Virus record (IMG/VR): IMGVR_UViG_3300034072_001506
DNA length: 56,154 nucleotides
Strand: one strand, 5' to 3'
From: an uncultured virus (IMG/VR IMGVR_UViG_3300034072_001506)
Taxonomy: Duplodnaviria > Heunggongvirae > Uroviricota > Caudoviricetes
Below the pieces are notes generated by a model, which worked only from the letters and a program-made list of their open reading frames with translations, did no database searches and was not told the DNA's origin. The position numbers and the translations under genes were made by a program. Positions 49,212-56,154 of this stretch are shown here, in pieces. Numbering within the stretch: the stretch's first letter is position 1; the number at the start of each line of letters is the position of its first letter.

Positions 49212-49622
49212 TCAATAAATGGATATTGCTGGGACGGAGAGACGCATTGGCGTCATAAAGCCCACCGATGAATGAGGCTTAAGGTAAAACGCCTTTCTCG
49301 AGTGATCAACTGATTCCAAAGTATACCGGGTGCGACGATATAGACCAAGCTGATCAAAATCTTGCGAATTTATACTGAGTCCGCCGAGAACCAAACGCCG
49401 GTAACGATAGGGAACCTTGTGGTTGGTCAGCTTGGGATTTTTGGAAAAGCGGATGTAATCGTTGCCTTTGATGTGCTCAAAGGCAACATTCTCCCCAAGC
49501 GTCATCATAAGATCATTACAATGGATGTTGAGGTGAATCTTGACCCAGTTGGAATTTTCAGTTGGGTCAAGTTGACGGGCGACAGTTTTTCGCCAGTCCC
49601 AATTCTTATAATCTACGCCCAT
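49212..49622 (-). CDS. hypothetical protein
   Basis: First gene of the 49622-47300 operon. Confidence 0.6.
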   Translation of the reverse strand: MGVDYKNWDWRKTVARQLDPTENSNWVKIHLNIHCNDLMMTLGENVAFEHIKGNDYIRFSKNPKLTNHKVPYRYRRLVLGGLSINSQDFDQLGLYRRTRYTLESVDHSRKAFYLKPHSSVGFMTPMRLSVPAISIY

Positions 49623-49697
49623 GCTGGTCCGATCTATAAGTTGGCGTTACCTGCTAACTTATAGATTTGCTATAGCTTGTCAAGAACTTGCTTATAG

Positions 49698-50135
49698 CTA
49701 GATTATAGATTTGATCTGGGTCGCCAATACCTCATCAACAATCGCAAAAAGCATTGCTTTTTGAACGAGTTGTAGAGCCATGGTATTTCTATTGGATCTG
49801 TTTTTGAGTTCTAGAAAAACACCACACGTCTGGTAACTGAATAGGTCCAGCGATTCGATATTTTCAAAGTTGACGGATATATGCAGGGCTTCGAGCCTAG
49901 AAAGATTAGCCTCTAGGTTCTTCTTAAACGTGCGAATAAACCATGGACCGCCAGATATTGCGATCATGTTCTTATCAGCAAAAAATCGACCCTTGGCCTC
50001 ACGTTTGTGGATCTCAAAAGCAAGGTAAGGAGTTGACAGACACACTACCTCATTGACGTCACTGAACTTTCCAGTGAAGTCACACCCTCTAAAAATTCGG
50101 GCGGTATCGGTTATGTTTCGTGTCAGCTTGCTCAT
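49698..50135 (-). CDS. hypothetical protein
   Basis: 145-aa ORF. Confidence 0.6.
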   Translation of the reverse strand: MSKLTRNITDTARIFRGCDFTGKFSDVNEVVCLSTPYLAFEIHKREAKGRFFADKNMIAISGGPWFIRTFKKNLEANLSRLEALHISVNFENIESLDLFSYQTCGVFLELKNRSNRNTMALQLVQKAMLFAIVDEVLATQIKSII

Positions 50136-50146
50136 GTTTCACTTTA

Positions 50147-50357
50147 TAAAATAATGACGGGGAGAACAAGCCAAAGCCATTCTCCCCGTCATCGTTAGCC
50201 TGTCTACTCGGAATTTGATCCCTTATCGGGTCGCAAGTCAATACGAGAACCAAACTCCAAACCACACGCCCATTGCCAAGCCTAAGAATCTATAAGAACC
50301 CCAGATTAGCCTGTTCCTGCTGCTAAGGCTACAACAGAAACCCCTCAACAGGCCACT
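50147..50357 (-). ncRNA. candidate ~210-nt sRNA with own promoter and terminator
   Basis: TTGCAC-N17-TATGAT promoter 50390-50362; 13-bp terminator stem 50154-50192 followed by U-rich tail; no substantial ORF. Confidence 0.45.
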
Positions 50358-50422
50358 TCTTATCATAATCTTTTAACATCAAGAGTGCAAGAAGTTCATA
50401 TAGGTTTACCTATGAACTGCGC

Positions 50423-50920
50423 TCAAGCGTGCTTTTTGGCTGACGAATGTGTGAAAAACGCAACACCAGAAAGGGTGACGCCCATTAGAGGTATTGAAAT
50501 CACCAAAAATTTCATGGCATATATGAATACCATGCGTCTGGTCAATGGATGAATGAACTCTGCTAATTCCGAGAAAAAGGTAAAAACGAGGACCGAAAAT
50601 ACCAAGGCAAAAGGAACAACAATAGCTGTTAACCAAGCAAAGACTAGATCATCCAGTAATGAATCAGGTGTATCTTCTACCGATGCTTCTGAGACTTTCC
50701 ATCCCATCCTTTGGATTAGATCATCTTCATATCTATCGGCTGTTGCTTTATTCTGGGTGTGCCAGGTAACTTGGATGTGAACACCCTCTGGTGTTTCCAA
50801 GAAGGAATTGAAGCTATCAGGAGTAGCAGTCCCGGAAGGAACAACCATTGTGCCCACTTGGACACCTTCACTGCCAATAGATGGCCCAAATACGAGTCTT
50901 GTCATGTTCCTAAGATACAC
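50423..50920 (-). CDS. hypothetical membrane protein
   Basis: Two C-terminal hydrophobic helices. Confidence 0.6.
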   Translation of the reverse strand: MYLRNMTRLVFGPSIGSEGVQVGTMVVPSGTATPDSFNSFLETPEGVHIQVTWHTQNKATADRYEDDLIQRMGWKVSEASVEDTPDSLLDDLVFAWLTAIVVPFALVFSVLVFTFFSELAEFIHPLTRRMVFIYAMKFLVISIPLMGVTLSGVAFFTHSSAKKHA

Positions 50921-50941
50921 TTTGGAACTACAGTGTCAATA

Positions 50942-51241
50942 TCACATAAAGGTGATACGCAGATAATTGGCTGTCTGTGACTTGCTTGGTCCTTCTTCAA
51001 CAAGAGGACCACTTATACTCTCAATTCGTTCAAAGACATAACCACCCTCTTTGTCGCAAATACGGGCACTCATTATCTTTTTGAGTTCGTCAACTGAAAG
51101 ACCACTGTCAACTATCATACGAAACATTCTGATATCATGATGCTCGTTGAATTGAGCAACATGGACATAGATACCAAACTGCTTGGCTACCACTTCTGTG
51201 AAGATATGATCTCTTGGGTATTCGCGAATATCTATTATCAT
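50942..51241 (-). CDS. hypothetical protein
   Basis: GAGG RBS. Confidence 0.6.
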   Translation of the reverse strand: MIIDIREYPRDHIFTEVVAKQFGIYVHVAQFNEHHDIRMFRMIVDSGLSVDELKKIMSARICDKEGGYVFERIESISGPLVEEGPSKSQTANYLRITFM

Positions 51242-51249
51242 TTGGACCT

Positions 51250-51995
51250 CGTAGGATTCTCTCCTACTTATCCTATTTGTAACCCACTGGTCAGGTTTCC
51301 CACTTTCCTGACACCATCCTCCGCGTTTAGACCATTCGGTCTCCCCGTTTCAATGGACTTCCACGCACCATGTTTTACCGATATGGGCGCGCACCTGTCG
51401 GCTAAACATCAGTGGGTTCTATCTGCTGGAAGGTCTCCTCATTCCTTCACCGAAATATACATGCCTGACTAATGACGAGGCCCGTATATTTCAAAGCACC
51501 AGACGTTATGAGATTTCTCTCAGACGACTCAGCAGATATCATTTAACATAAAGCTTTTGAGACACAAGGCCAGTTTCCCCTATTCTCTAGCACCGCCCAT
51601 ACAGGGCTTTAAAGCGACCTTGCTTCACATCTAGGCGTTGTTCTACCCAAGCTATGGTGTCACCAATTGTGAACTCTTCAACCGCGCCTGGGTTTCCATC
51701 CCACTCATCAATATGAGATCTATATCATGCTAGCAACTTGTGACTCAAAGCTGTCATATGTCTGGCACCCACATCGCCAGCACCGGTTTTAAGAGGCTTT
51801 ACAAGGAGCCCCGGCCCACTAGGGCTTCACCTTCAGCACCATGAGCGGCATCAACGCCTGAGAAGGAATCGCACCCTCCACCGCTTGAGGTTCTACCCTT
51901 GCTTCCGGCCGGAAAGCTTCACAGTGTTACAAAGGTGTATTCCACCGCTGTAACCCAACTGCTTTAGGTAGGGCCACGGTCTCATCATATGACGT
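51250..51995 (-). ncRNA. candidate large (~750 nt) multidomain structured ncRNA
   Basis: Four adjacent multibranch domains each closed by a long helix; upstream TTGACA-N17-TATAGA promoter; no credible ORF. Confidence 0.7.
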
Positions 51996-51999
51996 CTAC

Positions 52000-52028
52000 T
52001 CTATATTACCGCTTTTCAGATGTGTCAA
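52000..52028 (-). promoter_or_regulatory. sigma70-like promoter TTGACA-N17-TATAGA driving the large ncRNA candidate
   Basis: Read directly; no RBS/ATG follows. Confidence 0.7.
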
Positions 52029-52060
52029 ACTAAATAGGACATATAGTGAGGTAATCCATT

Positions 52061-52786
52061 ATGATTGTGAGACTCCTATCTCTAGTTACCGTTCTCCTGT
52101 TTTTTACAGGGGATAGCTTACCAGAGATAGGAAAGCTAGGACAACCTGAAAGTGTTGTAATTGAATCTGTTCCACAACAAATTTTGAATAAGATCGATCC
52201 TCCCCAGCCAAGAGAACTATCCTGGGAACAACATCAAAAAGCTTTGGAATATGGAAGAGAAGCTCTTAAGGATCAGTGCCGAGAGCAGCCTGATGCCCTT
52301 TGGTGTTCCAAACAAAAACTTCCAGAAAAAACGCTTACTCCTTGGCAAATCATGGATATCAGCCTGAAGACCAAGGATAATTTCCGTTATGTTTCAGACT
52401 TGGTTGATATATGGAGAATACATAGCAGTTCAGTTTTAGAAAACAAAATCTGGAGGGGAGATTGCGACGATCTCGTCTCAACAACCAATGATATTATGAT
52501 CAGGAATGGTCAGCCTCGTTCCAAGGTTTGGTTTGCGCTGGTAAATGTCAACCATCAGAAAATACTGGATCATCTAGTCGGAATCGTTGAGGATGCGGAT
52601 GGTCGATTCTGGGTAGTAGGCGATACATCACAACAGAACGCCTATCCAATCGAGCATATGAAATATAGAGTGGTGGCGGTAGCCAAAGCTTCTGACGTTC
52701 TAGTATGGTTTGACCCTAGAGATGCCAAATTCTTCCCTGAGAGGGTCTTACAGAACCAGCCTATTGTAGATCCTTCTACACTATAG
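52061..52786 (+). CDS. transglutaminase-like cysteine peptidase (BTLCP-like), exported
   Basis: N-terminal hydrophobic signal; FRYVSD...W, GDCDD catalytic Cys, HLV, GD. Confidence 0.7.
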   Translation: MIVRLLSLVTVLLFFTGDSLPEIGKLGQPESVVIESVPQQILNKIDPPQPRELSWEQHQKALEYGREALKDQCREQPDALWCSKQKLPEKTLTPWQIMDISLKTKDNFRYVSDLVDIWRIHSSSVLENKIWRGDCDDLVSTTNDIMIRNGQPRSKVWFALVNVNHQKILDHLVGIVEDADGRFWVVGDTSQQNAYPIEHMKYRVVAVAKASDVLVWFDPRDAKFFPERVLQNQPIVDPSTL

Positions 52787-52791
52787 ATGGC

Positions 52792-52819
52792 AACGGGGTG
52801 GCTGTTTAGCCACCCCGTT
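52792..52819 (+). terminator. terminator AACGGGGTGGCT-gttt-AGCCACCCCGTT
   Basis: Perfect 12-bp stem just after the 52061-52786 stop. Confidence 0.75.
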
Positions 52820-53134
52820 CTCTACTAACAGATGCCTATTAGACTGTCTGCGACCGAATCCTTTCCAAGAGCTTTGAACTCAGGTCTTCGATATTCTAAA
52901 CCTATTCGAGTCCAAAGCTAGTAGAGCTTGGAGGCTTTCTTCTGGGACCCACGGCTTGGTAGCTACTCCTGCCACGAGAGGTCAACGGCCAGGTGAAGTG
53001 ACGACTAACAGCAAATTAGTCCAAAGCTTCTATTCTGGTCCCGTCCCGCTTTAAATAAGATCTTCCCCCTAGAGCCTAGCATTTGCTCATCAACAGAAAA
53101 AATCCGAGAACTCAGCTTTGCCACGCTGAGTAAA

Positions 53135-53725
53135 TCAACCGTTTAGCTGCGATTTCTCATCAGTGTCAATTTCAACCTTGGCGGTCAGATAGATTTTCTC
53201 ACTCTGACCCAGTCCACCTCCCAGAACAGATTCCAAAGAATAGGATGCCGCCATGCGCGCACCCCCGTTGAACCCGTCACGAGCACCGAGCTCTTTGAAC
53301 TCAATGGAAGAGATAACTCCGCCCAGCTTCTTTGCTTCGCTCCGGGCCTTTTCGATAATGGAAAGACGCAGATCCGATTCAGCATCGCGCTTCTGGAAAA
53401 GAGGAATGCTGGTATCAATGTTGAAGATCTGAAGTGTGAGAATGCCGCGCTCGTTTAGATCAGCAGCCTTCTGTTCAAGCTGGTCGTTGAGCGAGGCATC
53501 AACTCGGGTCGACGCTTGGACGCCAAACGTGAACCCATCAGGCTGGAAGGTAAAGTTGCTGAATGCCCAATTGGCCCCAGGAAAGAACTTGTTTGCCAGA
53601 TCAAGAGCTGAACTCTCAAGAGCCGGTCGTTCCTGTCCGTTGATAACACCAGTGATATAGATGGTGACTTTCACGGTGGTGTTGGTGATTGTGACCTCGT
53701 CAGTCAGGTCAAACTTAATTTTCAT
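53135..53725 (-). CDS. SIMPL (DUF541)-like protein
   Basis: Topology ending AxxKARSEAKKLG...I...A.V.I is reminiscent of SIMPL; start MKIKF after GGAG. Confidence 0.5.
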   Translation of the reverse strand: MKIKFDLTDEVTITNTTVKVTIYITGVINGQERPALESSALDLANKFFPGANWAFSNFTFQPDGFTFGVQASTRVDASLNDQLEQKAADLNERGILTLQIFNIDTSIPLFQKRDAESDLRLSIIEKARSEAKKLGGVISSIEFKELGARDGFNGGARMAASYSLESVLGGGLGQSEKIYLTAKVEIDTDEKSQLNG

Positions 53726-53809
53726 AGAAGGCTCCCTCATGCGGAAGCCTAACTATGAGCTGTTACAATCATTCTGTCAAGATAATGGCGGGCAATGCCC
53801 GCCACTATA

Positions 53810-54106
53810 TTACTTTTTGATTTTACCACCGCAGCCGATGATTCCTGCTTCTAAAGCAATAATATACGACTTCTGTTGAGCAATAGTTTCGCGCATTGCC
53901 GCATTTTGCTCTTCCAGTGGACGACCTTTTTCCATGGTGTCCAGTTTTATTTTTGCTCGTTCCAGCTCAACGGTGCAGAGTACTGGAACAGGGATATCTT
54001 GAGTGATAACTTCAGTATTCTTGGGAGGAGGTGGAAGCTTGAGATCGTCTTTGCCACCACAGGCCGCAAGAGCAAACGCACTAGCCAGGATTACAAATTT
54101 CTTCAT
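53810..54106 (-). CDS. outer-membrane spanin (Rz1-like lipoprotein)
   Basis: Lipobox LAAC after MKKFVIL..., Pro-rich N-terminus, ATGA overlap with the i-spanin. Confidence 0.75.
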   Translation of the reverse strand: MKKFVILASAFALAACGGKDDLKLPPPPKNTEVITQDIPVPVLCTVELERAKIKLDTMEKGRPLEEQNAAMRETIAQQKSYIIALEAGIIGCGGKIKK

Positions 54107-54639
54107 TGTTCTGCCTTCTTCCATTCGCCTATGAACGCGTCGTTGGTCTGTTCTTCTCTTTCAATTCTTTCTTCAGGAGTTCCTTGAGAAGAATTGGCCC
54201 TACCAAACTGTTCTGCTAGGTCGTTATATCGCTGCTGGTCTCTCTTGGCTGCTTGACCGGCCGCTTTTGCCTTGGCCAAAGCTTCATCAGCAACTCGCTT
54301 GAGACGAGCCACAGCCTCATTGCTGCGATTCACCGAAGCCACATGATTTTGCTTTTCAACCTTAAGAGCGGTAACGTATTGTTTCAGGACTCGATCCTGA
54401 CCTTTGATGAAGAGAACCTTCTCTTCAACAATCTGCTGAGTTTCAACCAACTGTTTCTTTGTGTTAAAACCATACCAGGCAGCACCAATCAAAGCCAGCG
54501 ATAGTGCGATTGTCAAAAACTGAAAAGGCTTAGCCATAGCAAAGCTGGCAATACCCTTGATAATATCCCATACCCATCCCAGCAGCATTTTACCGAAGCC
54601 GAAACCTTTGAGCAGGAAACTTAGAGCCAAACTTAGCAT
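54103..54639 (-). CDS. inner-membrane spanin (Rz-like)
   Basis: N-terminal TM helix followed by Ala-rich coiled coil; directly upstream of a lipoprotein. Confidence 0.7.
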   Translation of the reverse strand: MLSLALSFLLKGFGFGKMLLGWVWDIIKGIASFAMAKPFQFLTIALSLALIGAAWYGFNTKKQLVETQQIVEEKVLFIKGQDRVLKQYVTALKVEKQNHVASVNRSNEAVARLKRVADEALAKAKAAGQAAKRDQQRYNDLAEQFGRANSSQGTPEERIEREEQTNDAFIGEWKKAEQ

Positions 54640-54729
54640 GGCTATCTCCTAAAAGAAGTTCATTTGATACTCCTATTTAGTCATAGGAATGGCGGGCAAA
54701 GCCCGCCATTCCCCAATATAGCGTTCGGA

Positions 54730-55155
54730 TTAACGAGCCAGGACTTCCATCTCACCCCCATCTTCCGAGGCCCAATACTTCATCTGAGAATCAAAGCTGT
54801 CGGGATTGAGGAACCGGCTGATGAAGCCACGCGACGGATCGACCACCTGACCATTTTCTCCGAGGTTATCAGCGAGGGCGGTGGCGTGGGTGATCGCGTC
54901 GACCACATCCTCAAAGATAAAGCTCTTGCTCTTCATGGGATTGCCGCAGTTGCCAGTCGTCCGATACAGGAAACCATCATCGGAAGCCAGAATGTGACCA
55001 CCCACCGGACCTTCAACCATGACGCGCCATCCGCTGAGATCATCATGTCGGCTAGCCTTGACGACCTTGACCTTGGGACCAAAGCGGAGTTCGGTGACAT
55101 TTGCGGCATACTTTGCCATGAAAGCTTCAGTTGCCGAGTCGATCTTCACGTTCAT
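54730..55155 (-). CDS. hypothetical protein
   Basis: AGGAGA RBS; promoter module 55186-55218. Confidence 0.7.
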   Translation of the reverse strand: MNVKIDSATEAFMAKYAANVTELRFGPKVKVVKASRHDDLSGWRVMVEGPVGGHILASDDGFLYRTTGNCGNPMKSKSFIFEDVVDAITHATALADNLGENGQVVDPSRGFISRFLNPDSFDSQMKYWASEDGGEMEVLAR

Positions 55156-55223
55156 CTATTTGTCTCCTTGCCTGTGTGCCTATAAACCTGTTCTAGCAGA
55201 AACAGGTGAGGAGTCAACCAGAA

Positions 55224-55808
55224 TTATGCGAGAAGTGACCTGAACGTCAGAGAAATTCTCGACTTGGACTGGAATCCAGCTTTGGGAATACGATGCTGGT
55301 GAGTTGCCTGGAAGCCCGCGGGCATCAAGCAAAGCGATCCCTGTTCCAAAGGCTGATCAACCACCGGGCCATAAGTCATCTTGCCGTCAACTTCACCCAG
55401 CTTTTCCCGGAACTGAATACTCCGCGGTTTGTTGGATCCATCGCCACCATACAGTGTGACGATCGCGATGGGCTTGGTGTGGTCGATGCCAGGGTCGTCA
55501 TCTTCATGCCAGCCCAGCCAGTCATGCGCACCTTCATAGCCGTTCAGAAAACAGCCTTCGAAGTAGGTGTTGATGAGCATGAGAATGCGACCTCTGATAT
55601 CCAAGATATCGAGAGTAAAGGGCTGATGCTGGTAGGTCCTCAGACCCGCGCCGCGACCATAGGAATAATCTCGCTCGAAATCGTTGGCCCAGTACTCGCG
55701 CCGGGGAGCATCGCTGCGACGTTCCCAGGTGAGCTCATTCCAGAGACGATCAAATGATTCCTCTGAGCTCTTAGGGTCAATCAATTTGGGGATATAGATT
55801 GCGCTCAT
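55224..55808 (-). CDS. AlkB-family 2OG-Fe(II) dioxygenase
   Basis: LNGY...WHEDD (HxD), IAIVTL, GSL..M...Q....H.IPK, RISLTFR; AGGAGATCG RBS. Confidence 0.9.
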   Translation of the reverse strand: MSAIYIPKLIDPKSSEESFDRLWNELTWERRSDAPRREYWANDFERDYSYGRGAGLRTYQHQPFTLDILDIRGRILMLINTYFEGCFLNGYEGAHDWLGWHEDDDPGIDHTKPIAIVTLYGGDGSNKPRSIQFREKLGEVDGKMTYGPVVDQPLEQGSLCLMPAGFQATHQHRIPKAGFQSKSRISLTFRSLLA

Positions 55809-55868
55809 GTCGATCTCCTTTAAAAAGAGGAGTAACATGAAAACAGGATATGTCAACCAGTTATGAGT

Positions 55869-55909
55869 TGGTAGGCCCACCGGGAATCAAACCCGGACCA
55901 TCCGCTGAT
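55869..55909 (-). pseudogene. 3' half of a tRNA (T-arm + acceptor 3' strand + ACCA)
   Basis: CCGGG-TTTGATT-CCCGG-TGGGCCT-ACCA on the minus strand; no matching 5' half. Confidence 0.6.
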
Positions 55910-56002
55910 TGGTGGAAGTGCCCGGACTTGAACCGGGATCGTCGCCTAATCTGGGCTTTCGCGAGGTATAAGCTCGCCCGCTCTACCTTGAGCTACACTT
56001 CC
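55910..56002 (-). tRNA. tRNA with UAU anticodon (nominal Ile) and long variable arm
   Basis: Acceptor GGAAGTG/CACTTCC, D-arm GCTC/GAGC, anticodon stem GCGAG/CTCGC with loop CTTATAC, ~23-nt variable region with GCC/GGC stem, T-arm CCCGG-TTCAAGT-CCGGG, ACCA. Confidence 0.85.
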
Positions 56003-56154
56003 ATTTTAAAGTATCTTAGGCCCATAAATCAGAATATATAAGAAGCCTGTTTGGCTATCTCATACCAAAGTGGCTTGAGTTCATCAATTATGATGTCAAC
56101 TTGGTATTGACAGATTTCGTCTGGTATATTCTGCATCATAGCATCTCGAAGTTC

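Noticed and set aside
51137..51472. 111-aa + strand ORF
   Set aside because: Overlaps a minus-strand gene and the structured region; no RBS; not protein-like
51855..51878. tRNA gene at the T-arm-like GAGGG-TGCGATT-CCTTC
   Set aside because: No D-arm, acceptor stem or CCA; treated as an internal hairpin of the large RNA
51250..51995. Group I/II intron or rRNA fragment
   Set aside because: It does not interrupt a gene and has its own promoter; I could not find group II domain V, group I core or rRNA signatures by eye
871..55218. Repeated palindromic ~35-bp motif as a CRISPR array or integron attC sites
   Set aside because: Copies are degenerate, separated by whole genes and coincide with -35/-10/RBS; there are no regular spacers, cas genes or integrase in the window
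55869..55909. Prophage att site from a duplicated tRNA 3' end
   Set aside because: The fragment is not identical to the adjacent tRNA 3' end, and no integrase or host/phage boundary is visible
1..56154. Stop-codon reassignment as seen in some large phages
   Set aside because: Conserved enzymes (ArgRS, LysRS, NadE) are full length in the standard code and all three stops are used
1..56154. Bacterial chromosome origin, because of argS, lysS, nadE and ftsK
   Set aside because: These genes are scattered among dozens of tiny unknown ORFs with phage-type promoters, fibres and spanins, without bacterial operon context

Overview
This 56 kb window looks like part of a very large (jumbo-type) tailed phage genome, probably of an alphaproteobacterial host. 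That is an inference from the class I LysRS, the BTLCP-type protein and the promoter style. Most of it is a dense minus-strand array of small hypothetical early-type genes. Many are preceded by a repeated module: a sigma70-like TTGAC...(G/T)(C/T)TA promoter, often with an inverted repeat around the -10 box, then an AGGAGATCG ribosome-binding site. Recognisable genes cover translation (ArgRS, class I LysRS, Pth2, YqeY, RelA/SpoT-type HD hydrolase), NAD metabolism (NadE, NadD-like/PRTase fusion), an FtsK motor, GAF, AlkB and another 2OG-Fe(II) oxygenase, DEDD exonuclease, GIY-YIG, 2H phosphoesterase, ParB-like, tail-fibre-like proteins and a spanin pair. The most striking unexplained signals are non-coding: a ~750-nt promoter-driven, four-domain structured RNA candidate (51250-51995), further structured RNA candidates (41450-41710, 50147-50357, 52826-53131), a tRNA-like RNA with an enlarged anticodon arm, and a UAU-anticodon tRNA with a long variable arm. 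All calls are by eye from motifs; no searches or folding programs were run. Several starts were moved from the ORF track to the RBS-supported codon.
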